Positions 8,057 through 17,733 of a DNA stretch of 64,000 bases are shown piece by piece. Each line of letters opens with the position of its first letter. The stretch's first letter is position 1. The notes below the pieces were generated by a model. The model did no database searches, was not told the origin of the DNA, and was given only the letters and a program-made list of their open reading frames with translations. This DNA is from a virus: IMG/VR virus record IMGVR_UViG_3300025000_000077, positions 1 through 64,000 of that record. One strand, 5' to 3'. A program made the position numbers and the translations under genes.

Positions 8057-9265
8057 TTAAACCTCCCGGATAAACGCGCTCTTGATCCATTCTAAGCGCG
8101 CCAGAGCTTCTTCTCTCGAAGAACAGGAGAATACTATTTCATACTCTCCCGCACTCGTAGCAGGAGCAACACCAGAATAATCTTTCACATTTCTAGACAG
8201 TTTGTTTCCCTCCACGAAAATAGTATATTTATCAGGGATTAAATTTGCAATCGCAGTGCCCGATGTCGCAACCGTAGAATTCGGTTTTTGAGTGTTTGTA
8301 ATTGTATTATTCTTTACAGTGGCAGTGTACCCTTTTCCCGCAGATGTAGTCAGATATCTCCCGAACAGGACCCCGTAACCCTTGCAGGAATCAATTATAT
8401 TATTCTCGATGTTCACACGGTCCCACCCATCACAAACGATGCCACCGAGGCCAGGTATCCCATTCTCGACAGGCATGGTCCCGCAGTTGGATATCACATT
8501 ATCATGAATGTTGAGATCAGAGGCCGCTTTTATATTCGAGGAAGTGTGGCATGCAGCCCAGATTCCCGGACCATATGTGCCTTCAATGTGATTATTCCAG
8601 ATCTCAATTCCAGAGCTCAATTCATCAGCTTTTGAATTTTCAACCTGGATGCCCGGGGAATACGCCTCTGATGTGCCATATATGAAATTATCATGAAAAG
8701 AGACGTTAGAGGAGCCTTTCGACCTGAGCGCAGAATTAACCCTCGTATATGTAACATTCCCGGCTGCCTCGACATTCACACACCTTTCAACAAAAAGACC
8801 ATCATGCCCGCACTCTTTGATTATGTTCCCCGAGTACAGGACATTCTCACAGTCCACTATCCTGGCTATATCTCCCTGAGACTCGCCTGCAGTCACATTC
8901 CGGATGGTTATGTTTTTCCCTCCCCGGATGCCCACAAGGTTATGAAAACCCTTACCATGTGCTACTTTTTGAGATCTCCGATTCCCCCTGAATGTGATAT
9001 TTTCAATTAGGATATCTGAGATGTAATTCTCGACCTGCCCAAAGATAGGAACCATTGAGGGAAAAAGAGTCTCTGAAACACCTGCTGTCAGGGTAATTAT
9101 TGCCCCGGGGTCAGAGGTAATTGTAGTTCCTGAATTCAATTGATACGGGCGCGCGGCTATGTAGAAGCCTTTTAAAAGTTTGATTTTATCGTACCTGAAG
9201 CCATCGCCCACTTTGTCGAAACTCGACTGTTGAAGAGTCCCGCTGGATAACGTAAGAGTTGCCAT
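8057..9265 (-). CDS. Right-handed beta-helix, disaggregatase-related glycan lyase/hydrolase (lysin candidate)
   Basis: Parallel beta-helix repeats; NIHDNVISNCG...GGIVCDGW...IENNIID...GYTATVKNNTITNTQK resembles the Methanosarcina disaggregatase-associated region. Confidence 0.7.
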   Translation of the reverse strand: MATLTLSSGTLQQSSFDKVGDGFRYDKIKLLKGFYIAARPYQLNSGTTITSDPGAIITLTAGVSETLFPSMVPIFGQVENYISDILIENITFRGNRRSQKVAHGKGFHNLVGIRGGKNITIRNVTAGESQGDIARIVDCENVLYSGNIIKECGHDGLFVERCVNVEAAGNVTYTRVNSALRSKGSSNVSFHDNFIYGTSEAYSPGIQVENSKADELSSGIEIWNNHIEGTYGPGIWAACHTSSNIKAASDLNIHDNVISNCGTMPVENGIPGLGGIVCDGWDRVNIENNIIDSCKGYGVLFGRYLTTSAGKGYTATVKNNTITNTQKPNSTVATSGTAIANLIPDKYTIFVEGNKLSRNVKDYSGVAPATSAGEYEIVFSCSSREEALARLEWIKSAFIREV

Positions 9266-9553
9266 TTTTTATGCTCCGTTCTTGAGGCAAACTCGCCAAA
9301 AAACACCTGTATATTATTATACAAGTTGGGATATAAAAAATAGTGACAGTCAAACTTTAAATTAAAAAAAAGAAATTGATAATTAAAAATTAATCACCAA
9401 TATCAAATCCATCAGGCACATTTAAAAACTTTATACTCTCATCTGTCAAAATGTCCAGCTCATATAACAAACTAACCAACATCCGAAGCGCGTTAAGAGT
9501 CTCGCATGGAATCACAATTGAAGGGCGTTTATCCAACTCCTCAGTTTCCATAC

Positions 9554-9949
9554 TCACTCCTTAACAACCATTGCAGCCTTTTCAAGTGTCATCCGGTGAG
9601 TCTTTGCGATCTCAGATATTATATCACTCAGAGGCACGCCGCCCGCCTTCAACGCTGCAATGCGATCCAGAACAAACTTCGGAGTTGTATAATGATCTAC
9701 GCGATCCGAACGATGCCCCCATACATCACCCTGGATAAGCTGGATTCTCTGGTCCTCACAGAATACTCTAATGTCCTGCGAGATTTTGGCAATATACGAT
9801 CTGGGAAGTTGAATCACTTCAATCTTTGGGCACGTCCTTACAACTGAAAATACATCAGCAACGGACGGGCGGAACGAAAAATGCACTGCTCTCTCGGTAG
9901 GCTTTACATATGGAATTTCAGATCTTGATGAAATTACGCGAATGTCCAT
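9554..9949 (-). CDS. DUF1699 family protein (Methanosarcina-type)
   Basis: IRVISSRSEI...VHFSFRPS...CPKIEVIQLPRSY...IQLIQGDVWGHR. Confidence 0.85.
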   Translation of the reverse strand: MDIRVISSRSEIPYVKPTERAVHFSFRPSVADVFSVVRTCPKIEVIQLPRSYIAKISQDIRVFCEDQRIQLIQGDVWGHRSDRVDHYTTPKFVLDRIAALKAGGVPLSDIISEIAKTHRMTLEKAAMVVKE

Positions 9950-10089
9950 GTTTTTAGCTCCGTTCAGTTTTTTTAAAGGAAAATAGAACGATAAAAATAT
10001 AGGAGGTTTTTATATAAAAGTTTAATGGGTTGGAAAGTGGGAAAAAAAGAAATATGAGGAAACTCACTCTTCGGATCAGACTTTCTTTA

Positions 10090-10761
10090 TTATTTTGCAT
10101 CTTTAGTTATATATGGCGTATAGTAGCACAAACAATTCGGATGAGAAAGGGGTAAAGCATCTTGGATCAGAAAAACCCGTCTATCCAACCCTAAACAAAC
10201 ATCACATGTTCCGCCTTTATGCATAGCGTGCCTCTGCACATACTGTAAATTTCCTGATTCCCATGTGCGAATCTGACTCTCATATTGCATATTCCTAGTT
10301 TCCGTGAAAGCCGCGACCCTAGCCCGTTTATTGACTGCAAACTCTTCCAGTTTTCTTAACTCGGTATCGATCTGATCGGAAGTCCAACCTTCATTTTTTG
10401 CGCTCTCAAAAATATGCAGAACACTTTCACGAGTATCACTTTTTAGAGATTTTAACCACGGCTTGAATACTTTCTTTTCTGTAGTTCCTACAGTTTCAAC
10501 CACATAAGAACCGCCCTTCTCTTTTAATATTCTTTCATAGACGGCAGCCGATACTATACTTTTTTTAGTCATTTCAGTGGCGTTCATCTTGACAGGGGCA
10601 AGCCCAACAGTTGACCTCACGGCGTTAAGCTCTCTTAGAGCTTCATATGAAGCCGCCATTTGAGTTTTAAGAGCTGCTTTCGAGAGGGAGGCAATGTAGG
10701 CTAGGTAGAGTATTAAGAGTGCTTCATCGAGGTTAGATTCATTTTCTTCGTCTTCGGTCAC
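10090..10761 (-). CDS. Head morphogenesis protein (Mu gpF/SPP1 gp7-like)
   Basis: RARVAAFTETR...TCDVCLGLD...HPNCLC C-terminal motif; in the portal operon. Confidence 0.8.
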   Translation of the reverse strand: MTEDEENESNLDEALLILYLAYIASLSKAALKTQMAASYEALRELNAVRSTVGLAPVKMNATEMTKKSIVSAAVYERILKEKGGSYVVETVGTTEKKVFKPWLKSLKSDTRESVLHIFESAKNEGWTSDQIDTELRKLEEFAVNKRARVAAFTETRNMQYESQIRTWESGNLQYVQRHAMHKGGTCDVCLGLDRRVFLIQDALPLSHPNCLCYYTPYITKDAK

Positions 10762-12299
10762 TGGATCGCCTCCTCGAAAGTTCCAAGTGTGATCTCATCT
10801 AACTGCCCCCTAGCCCGCATATACTTCTCGTTTTCGGGGTCGCTGTCAATGCCTATGAATACTCTATTAAGCAGTTTACAGGCTTCTAGTGTAGTTCCTG
10901 AACCTGCAAATGGATCTAAGATAACGTCACCTTCACGGCTTCCCATTGTTATGAGGTATGACATTAATTTAAGGGGTTTTACCGTGGGGTGTTTGTTTTC
11001 GATGTATTTGTTTTTCTCAGATTTGGAGGGTTTGGGGGTTATTAAGAAGGGGAACGTTTTCTGTTGTTCTTCAGGGAGTTCGGTTATCTTTTTAGACCAC
11101 CATGCATCTAAGGAGAAATAGCGGGAAAAGTCGCCTTGATCGTTACAACCTGAATAAACATCTCCTTTTCCAAATGTTGCAGTTGGTGAATCGTGAATAC
11201 CCATCCCACTTTTATTTTTTCGTATGCTCGCGGTTGATTTTGTTATAATCCCCCGATCAAGTACATTATCCGAAACTAATAAATTCGCTGGAAATCTGCC
11301 TTCTGGGGATAATTCATACCCGCCTTTGAACGCGGGGGAGTTATCCCCGTAATCATTCTTTGAAGCTCCGAAACCCGTACCAGCTTTAGGAATTGTTTCA
11401 TCAGATTTATAGGGTATCCTACACTCATCAAGCCACAAACAACCATGCCCGTTATCTAAAACCTGATCTATATAGGATTTCGTTGATAATGGTTTCATCA
11501 CACAGATTATAACCTCAACTGCGGGTTTAAGAGAAGCCGTATAAGCTCCTGAGAATTCGCGGGCTTTGTCTGTGGCGGGGGCTGTATAATTAATATCAGT
11601 TTTTGAAAAAGTTCCAACCCCTGACAGATATCCGCCTCCATCAGCATAAGCATTTGTTTTATGTCTGGTGCTTAATATTTCCCGTTCTGCTTCTTCCCTT
11701 CTACGAATAGCGCGCTCAATTAATTCTATAAACCTCGGATTATTCAGTTTCAAAACATCTTTTAAAACTACCCACTGCTCCATAGTTGGAATATTAGCAC
11801 CGTTTTCCCAATTCCAAACACACCCCGTTAAACCACCCGTTTTGCTTGGGAAATACGTTGCTATATCTTTTTGAGAAAGTCCTAATAATTCCCTTGAAGT
11901 TTTAAGATATTGACATAATTCTTTTGATAATTCAGAATATTTCGCGTTAGCTGTACCTCTCTTGTCAATCAATTTATCAATAGCGGCAGACTTAGGAAAT
12001 CCACTAGCAAAACTCCAAAAAATACTAGAAAAATTAACATTAAACCCCGCATCCTCAAGCCGAATAATCATCCTACTAAGAACATCCTGTCTAGGGGCAC
12101 ACATAAAAAACCCAAATGCCCCCGGCTTCAATACCCTGCAACACTCTCTTAATGCCTCTTCTGAGGGTAACGCTTTATCCCAAGAAAGCCCCATGAATGA
12201 ATAGCCATAAGGAGGGTCCGTTACAATGCAGTCTATTGATTCATCAGGCAACTCTTTCAGGACGTCGGCGCAGTCGCCTATGATAACTTCGTTTTTCAC
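10758..12299 (-). CDS. DNA methyltransferase (beta class) with inserted XRE-type HTH domain
   Basis: VTDPPYG, HPTVKP, LDPFAGSGT; internal LKTSRELLGLSQKDIA...VWNWENGANIPT HTH. Confidence 0.9.
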   Translation of the reverse strand: MKNEVIIGDCADVLKELPDESIDCIVTDPPYGYSFMGLSWDKALPSEEALRECCRVLKPGAFGFFMCAPRQDVLSRMIIRLEDAGFNVNFSSIFWSFASGFPKSAAIDKLIDKRGTANAKYSELSKELCQYLKTSRELLGLSQKDIATYFPSKTGGLTGCVWNWENGANIPTMEQWVVLKDVLKLNNPRFIELIERAIRRREEAEREILSTRHKTNAYADGGGYLSGVGTFSKTDINYTAPATDKAREFSGAYTASLKPAVEVIICVMKPLSTKSYIDQVLDNGHGCLWLDECRIPYKSDETIPKAGTGFGASKNDYGDNSPAFKGGYELSPEGRFPANLLVSDNVLDRGIITKSTASIRKNKSGMGIHDSPTATFGKGDVYSGCNDQGDFSRYFSLDAWWSKKITELPEEQQKTFPFLITPKPSKSEKNKYIENKHPTVKPLKLMSYLITMGSREGDVILDPFAGSGTTLEACKLLNRVFIGIDSDPENEKYMRARGQLDEITLGTFEEAIQ

Positions 12300-13711
12300 T
12301 GAATCGCCTCAAAGAACTTCTTCCAGTGTCCCTCTAGTTCCCCTCGCAGTTCTTCCTCGATTTCTTCTCTTGTTTGGAGCAACTGATTAGATTTGATGTC
12401 CTCTTTTATTTCATCCTCTGTTTGAACTTCATCTTTAGGTGCTTCCTCTTCGGCTGGCTCGTTTTCCTGCTGGATACTTGTCTCAGACCACTCCTGCCCG
12501 GCTTTCATCAAAAATTTACTATCCGCATCTTCCAGCCCCCAAAATGTCCGAACCTCATTCATACTTCCGACAACCGCGCCCTTCTCGGTATAGGCTTTTA
12601 GAATTTCAAGCCCCTTCTGGAAGTCCAATTCTTCATTCTTGAATTCCGGCTCAGGGAGTTTCAATTCAACGGAAAAACCTGAAAAACCGTTCCATTCTAA
12701 AATCCTGGTAAAATAAGGTATCCACGGTTTGAGCATCTGTTTTTGTAGTCCAATGATAGCACTCTTGAATAAACTTGTCTCGCCAGCAGTCGACCCACCA
12801 ATAAGAGTTCCATCCTTCGCGGTGAAGTCTTTTGAGAAAATAATACTCAGGATAAGTTTAGTGAGTTCGTTTATGGTATCAAGAGCAATCCCGGAAACAG
12901 GCCCGTCCAGTTCAATAGGCTCCATATCCGGGCCAATCGTAAAATAAGTATTTCTGTTATAATTTTTGAGGATATTATTTGAATAATTCCAGTTCGAGGT
13001 TTTCCCATCCGACAGCATCCCGGGCTTATTGATCCTCATGAAAAGCACGTTAGCCCGGAGATTCGCCTGCATGAGCCCATCCCAAGCCATGCCCATTTTT
13101 GGAATCAGCTTGTACACAGGAGTTAAAATAGGCACACCATCAACATTATAAGAATAGATATGCGATTTAAAATGATGACAGGGTTCTATTTCAATCGTTC
13201 CGCCCTGCTGATCCTGCCAGTAATGGATAATACCATCGGCTTCACGGACAATCCCTCGTAGGATTTTTCCATAAACACTATCGGTTCCGTAATTTCCAGC
13301 CGTTCCAAAAGTTTCAGGTGGTAAATCTCTGATCTCAGTTACCTGGATTTTTCCATCTACTTCTTCGATTGTATCTGAGAATATGAATGCAGGCCAGAAT
13401 ATCCGAGCATTAGCCGATTTATACAGGACGTCCTCGAATTCAATGTCCTGCAACATGATCCTGAACCACCCGGCTATATCTTCTCTGGAGTTTCCCCTCT
13501 GGTCCAGGATATTACAGATGAAAGGACCCTGAAAAATTAAATTTAAGATGTTGTTGGCTACCATCACAGCATAAATATCAGATCTGTATTTGTTGATTTT
13601 TTCAACGTCGAGTTCTCCCACGTCCCACGGGTTGCCCCCGTCAAAATATGTTAGTATATAATCTTGACCTGTGGCTTTAGATAATACAGGTTTAGCTCCG
13701 TTCTTAGTCAT
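12296..13711 (-). CDS. Portal protein
   Basis: 471 aa, next to MuF and divergent from the capsid operon; YNVDGVPILTPVY, SMNEVRTFWGL and an acidic tail fit a portal; assigned from context and weak motifs. Confidence 0.7.
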   Translation of the reverse strand: MTKNGAKPVLSKATGQDYILTYFDGGNPWDVGELDVEKINKYRSDIYAVMVANNILNLIFQGPFICNILDQRGNSREDIAGWFRIMLQDIEFEDVLYKSANARIFWPAFIFSDTIEEVDGKIQVTEIRDLPPETFGTAGNYGTDSVYGKILRGIVREADGIIHYWQDQQGGTIEIEPCHHFKSHIYSYNVDGVPILTPVYKLIPKMGMAWDGLMQANLRANVLFMRINKPGMLSDGKTSNWNYSNNILKNYNRNTYFTIGPDMEPIELDGPVSGIALDTINELTKLILSIIFSKDFTAKDGTLIGGSTAGETSLFKSAIIGLQKQMLKPWIPYFTRILEWNGFSGFSVELKLPEPEFKNEELDFQKGLEILKAYTEKGAVVGSMNEVRTFWGLEDADSKFLMKAGQEWSETSIQQENEPAEEEAPKDEVQTEDEIKEDIKSNQLLQTREEIEEELRGELEGHWKKFFEAIQ

Positions 13712-13884
13712 ATGTATAAAATACGGTGAGCTAATATAAAAAAGATTTTAGAAAAGTAATCACATAGCGGAGCTTTACATCTCTTTAAAGTAATTCGTAT
13801 AATCAAATAAATATAATGTTACGAAGTAACACGAATCTAAACACAACAGCCAAAACTTAATATATCTGTACGACTTATATTTTA
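13712..13884. promoter_or_regulatory. Divergent archaeal promoters, both probably giving leaderless mRNAs
   Basis: TTTATATT (minus, 13740-13733) about 22 nt before the portal ATG; AAAACTTAATATAT (about 13852-13865) about 20 nt before ATG 13885. Confidence 0.55.
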
Positions 13885-14946
13885 ATGCGCGAATTTTTTA
13901 CAGAACGGAGCTACCCTTTGAAAAACGTTCATGAAGCTATCTTGGAACGCCTAGACTGGACTCAAAAAAAGGATGGGTTTACACATTACTATCCAGTTTC
14001 CGAGTTCCAAAAGGCACTCCCCACTTTTGAAAATATTCCCGTTATTTATGCCGCGCGCCATCCTCCTCTTGGAGTCCGAGGAAAGAACCTCGAAGATGTG
14101 CTGAGAGAAGTCGACGGCACGCTCGCGGGATACACGGAAAACGTTTTAATTAATTCTGCAGGCTCTCCGAAGTTAAAAGCTCTGTTACAAATTACTAACG
14201 AAGATGTTGAAGCCAGAATCCAGGCTGGAAAAATCTCAATATCTCCCTCTTTTTCTCACAATCAAATTTTAAACGGTCCCCTTGAAAACATCACCGGTGA
14301 CCACGTTTTACTTTATGATAGTGATCTTGGTATCCCTCAGGGAGATGCCACCGCTATCATTTGCAATCAAGATTCCACGAATTTCACTCTAAATCATGGA
14401 ATAGGCTATTTTGAAGGAGTCAATATGACAGGCGAAATAAAAACAATCGACATGGACCTCTACAACGACCTCCTAAGCCTGAAAAATAATCAGGCGGTCA
14501 TAGTAGACAATGAAAAAACTATCCTGAAGCTCAATCAGGATCTCGAAAAGAAGGACGATTCCATCCTGAAACTTAATCAGGATCTCACCGCAGAAAAGGA
14601 AACAGTCCTCAAACTGAATCAGGCACTTGAAGAAACCAAAAAGCAGGTTTCCGCGCTTGAAACTCAGATCAAGGAAGACGCTGAAAAAGTCTTCAAACAG
14701 AATCAAGATTCTTTTTGGACTGAATTGCCAGAGGGCATTAAAGATCAGTTCAAAGAAAGGAAGGAAGAACTGTATTCGGTTACCACTGCCCTGAAACTCA
14801 ACCAGGATATTAATAAATCTCTCCTGAAAATGGAAAAGCCTGACCTACACAAGGCAACCGGCGAACAGGCAACCCCCGACATGAAACAGAATCAGGATAC
14901 CAAAGAAGCTGAAGAAGCGTGGGATGCCACAGAGGAGCGGATCTAA
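13885..14946 (+). CDS. Prohead protease/scaffold fusion with nested scaffold start at 14425
   Basis: N-terminal domain (PVIYAARHP, ISISPSF, GDHVLL), C-terminal coiled coil; internal AAGGAG...ATG 14425 is in frame. Confidence 0.7.
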   Translation: MREFFTERSYPLKNVHEAILERLDWTQKKDGFTHYYPVSEFQKALPTFENIPVIYAARHPPLGVRGKNLEDVLREVDGTLAGYTENVLINSAGSPKLKALLQITNEDVEARIQAGKISISPSFSHNQILNGPLENITGDHVLLYDSDLGIPQGDATAIICNQDSTNFTLNHGIGYFEGVNMTGEIKTIDMDLYNDLLSLKNNQAVIVDNEKTILKLNQDLEKKDDSILKLNQDLTAEKETVLKLNQALEETKKQVSALETQIKEDAEKVFKQNQDSFWTELPEGIKDQFKERKEELYSVTTALKLNQDINKSLLKMEKPDLHKATGEQATPDMKQNQDTKEAEEAWDATEERI

Positions 14947-15569
14947 TGACCACTTGTGCAGCAGCAGACTTCACTAAAGTAGGCGGTGTAACCCGCACTT
15001 GCTGGCTAGACGAAGGTGCAATTACTGTAGGCACAGGCTACGGGCTAGGTGGTGGCTCCGGTCCAGTAAGAACATTCGCGGCTGAAATTACACAGGGGAT
15101 GGTCGTCGTTGTTTCTGTCGATGTGGCTAACACGTGGGCCAATACCAACGGGAATATCCTCGTAACAAGAATCGCAAACTCTGATGATCTTGTATGGGGG
15201 GTTGTGGTCTCTGAACCATCAGAAGGCGATATGGAAAACAGACCTGCAATATCAGGAGATGCTGATACCATCGCTAAGAGACTCGCAGGTAAATTCCTGA
15301 GAGCTGCTACAGTTTGGTTCCCGAATGTCACAGCCATGACGAAAGCGACTCTCGTAACCGCAAACGCCGGAAATGTAACACCCGGAACTCTTGAAATCCT
15401 CAAACTCGATGTATCTCAATGTATTGCGGGGGCCGGTATTTTTGTTAACGATCTTGCGAACTCTGGCTCAAAAACCATCTGTTCTATGCATTACCAGGCT
15501 AAGGCATCCGGGGTAACTGTACCTATCATGCTCGCAATGCTCGGGGGAACCACAGCAGCACAGACTTAA
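14946..15569 (+). CDS. Capsid decoration/cement-like structural protein
   Basis: TAATG coupling to the scaffold gene; immediately upstream of the MCP. Confidence 0.55.
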   Translation: MTTCAAADFTKVGGVTRTCWLDEGAITVGTGYGLGGGSGPVRTFAAEITQGMVVVVSVDVANTWANTNGNILVTRIANSDDLVWGVVVSEPSEGDMENRPAISGDADTIAKRLAGKFLRAATVWFPNVTAMTKATLVTANAGNVTPGTLEILKLDVSQCIAGAGIFVNDLANSGSKTICSMHYQAKASGVTVPIMLAMLGGTTAAQT

Positions 15570-15584
15570 CGGAGTTGATAAAAA

Positions 15585-16550
15585 ATGGGTGATCTTGCAG
15601 CACATCTTACAGGGCCAAATGCCCAATTTCTAAAGAAACCGTTCTTTGTTCAGAAAATGTTTGAACAAATGGACCCCTACCTCGCGTTTTCGGGCATGGT
15701 TCCGGCGATGGGCATCCAGTCCAGAGCGGTAATCGTAACAAAAGAATCCACAAGCAACGCCAATGATGCTAAGAAAGTTTGGCCTGCCCGCCTGACTGAA
15801 TCCTCTGATTGGCCTAATATTTCCATTTCCCCGATGACTCAGGAAGGGGCAATGCTTCAGAAGTATGGTCTTGAGCTTCGCATTGGAGAAGACCTCCTGA
15901 AAATGCCCGAGGGTAAAATTCAGATATCCAGAGCTATACAGAGAACTGCTTTTTGGATGGCACAGTTCCGCAATGATAAGATAGCCTCTGATATGATAGC
16001 CGGTGGCACTGCTCTCGGTGGAGACTGGGCTCCTACTGCGGAATGGTCAGACAAAGACAATTACACACCTCTTCAGGACCTCATCACATTCAAGCGATCC
16101 ATGCGAACTGTAAACAAGCCATTCGCGTGTGATAACATCTATGTCAATTCTGAAAACTATGATGAACTGGAACTCTGGCTCATTAATGTCAATGCCGATC
16201 TCGCAAAACGCCAGTTGATCGGGCAGACCACTGTAGGCGAAAACTCCGTTTTCATCCCTGCTCTGAAAGCTACGGTTCACAGAATCGACGAAGGCATCGC
16301 AGAAGGCGGGCTTCTCGGTCTTGATAGTATCAATCCGGCTGGTACATATTATTACTTCAACGATCCAATGTACGGAACTAAGGAAGTCACCTACAAGACA
16401 AGGGACGGAATGAAAACCGTCAAGGGACTCGGTCTTAACGTTCATCAGTACTTTGATGATAATAAGATGGAAGTCGTAAACAAACTGTGGTTCGACTTCA
16501 AGCTCGCGGTTGAAGATTCGGATGGCGCAATTACTGATACAGGGATTTAA
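15585..16550 (+). CDS. Major capsid protein (HK97 fold, predicted)
   Basis: Size, position after protease/decoration genes, LQKYGLELRI and IYVNSENYDEL patterns. Confidence 0.75.
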   Translation: MGDLAAHLTGPNAQFLKKPFFVQKMFEQMDPYLAFSGMVPAMGIQSRAVIVTKESTSNANDAKKVWPARLTESSDWPNISISPMTQEGAMLQKYGLELRIGEDLLKMPEGKIQISRAIQRTAFWMAQFRNDKIASDMIAGGTALGGDWAPTAEWSDKDNYTPLQDLITFKRSMRTVNKPFACDNIYVNSENYDELELWLINVNADLAKRQLIGQTTVGENSVFIPALKATVHRIDEGIAEGGLLGLDSINPAGTYYYFNDPMYGTKEVTYKTRDGMKTVKGLGLNVHQYFDDNKMEVVNKLWFDFKLAVEDSDGAITDTGI

Positions 16551-16559
16551 GGAGGCGGC

Positions 16560-17063
16560 ATGACTTTCACAGCCCCTTCCCCTAATTTTTTGAAAAACGG
16601 ACTCGGCACAGACTCCTCAGTACTTTCAGGCGAATTTGTCAAAATTGATACCGAACTTGATTCGCTGGCAGCAGTGGACGCCGCCGGCCTGAAAATAGCA
16701 AAAGGCAACCTCGCCGCAGGAAACGCAGACGCTTACGCTTTCGCGTGGCAGAACCCCGAAGCCTCGAAAATTTTAGTTACCAGAGTCCTCATTTATTTAA
16801 CCACCGCAGGAGGCACGGGATCTTCGGTTCTCGATGTAGGTCCAGTAGCCAACGCAACTAGCACCGCGGATACTCTCATCAATGGCCTAGACCTCAATAC
16901 AACCGGAATTTTCGACAATATCACAGACAAAGGTACAAATGGGAAATCACGTCAGATCGTAGACGAAAACGGTGGAGCGAGTGATTATATAACCGGAAAG
17001 ATTCTAACACAGAACGCAGCTGCTCTCGCCGGGAAATATTATATTTTCTACACGGTGATCTGA
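16560..17063 (+). CDS. Virion structural protein (head-associated)
   Basis: AAGGAGG RBS; beta-rich; follows the MCP. Confidence 0.6.
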   Translation: MTFTAPSPNFLKNGLGTDSSVLSGEFVKIDTELDSLAAVDAAGLKIAKGNLAAGNADAYAFAWQNPEASKILVTRVLIYLTTAGGTGSSVLDVGPVANATSTADTLINGLDLNTTGIFDNITDKGTNGKSRQIVDENGGASDYITGKILTQNAAALAGKYYIFYTVI

Positions 17064-17410
17064 TGCGGATAATTGTTCCGGGTAATTATTATTCTCTCGA
17101 TTCAGCACAAAAAAAGATCTGGCTGGATTATTCCTATTACGGATTAACAGTTGAAAACATCGAGGTTATCAAAAACCTAACCCGGAACAAAATAATTTAC
17201 ACTAATCAGAGGTCAACTCCTCTAATATCGCTTTCTAACGGATGTATTACATACACATGGGATGGTTATTCAGAGGACTCTGACAAATTACAGATCGTTC
17301 TCAGGACTCATATAGTCTCTCTTGATACTCTTTCTTATTTTCCTCTTTTAGACTCAAACGGGGCTTATATGCTAGATTCCGAAGGTAAAATATTTGAGGT
17401 TCCCGCATGA
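17063..17410 (+). CDS. Structural/adaptor protein; paralog of the C-terminal domain of 24235-24885
   Basis: VPGNYYSLD...LTVENIEVIKNLTRNKIIY vs IPRGYYALD...LTVEQILRIKDLTTNYIIY. Confidence 0.6.
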   Translation: MRIIVPGNYYSLDSAQKKIWLDYSYYGLTVENIEVIKNLTRNKIIYTNQRSTPLISLSNGCITYTWDGYSEDSDKLQIVLRTHIVSLDTLSYFPLLDSNGAYMLDSEGKIFEVPA

Positions 17411-17733
17411 CACAACCAGTTAGATTATCCCAGCCGGGAGCGGCAATTGATTTACTTCTCACAAAATTACATAATTTAGATCCCCTGTTATTTGCAAATA
17501 CAACAGGTGTCGGAGTAGGCACTGAAACACCGGCAGCAACTGCAATTTTAGAAATACTCTCAACTACACAGGGTTTTTTGCCTCCACGGATGACAACCAC
17601 ACAGAGATCTGCGATAACATCCCCGGCAACGGGGCTGTTAGTATACAACACGACTACAAAATCTTTAGAAATGTACGACGGGACAGCATGGGACTCATAT
17701 TTGGCTAATGTCGTTGACGGGGGTACACCCTAA
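17407..17733 (+). CDS. Fibre-associated structural protein
   Basis: VGVGTETPAATAILEILSTTQGFLPPRMTTTQR...GLLVYNTT...YDGTAW fibre motif. Confidence 0.65.
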   Translation: MTQPVRLSQPGAAIDLLLTKLHNLDPLLFANTTGVGVGTETPAATAILEILSTTQGFLPPRMTTTQRSAITSPATGLLVYNTTTKSLEMYDGTAWDSYLANVVDGGTP

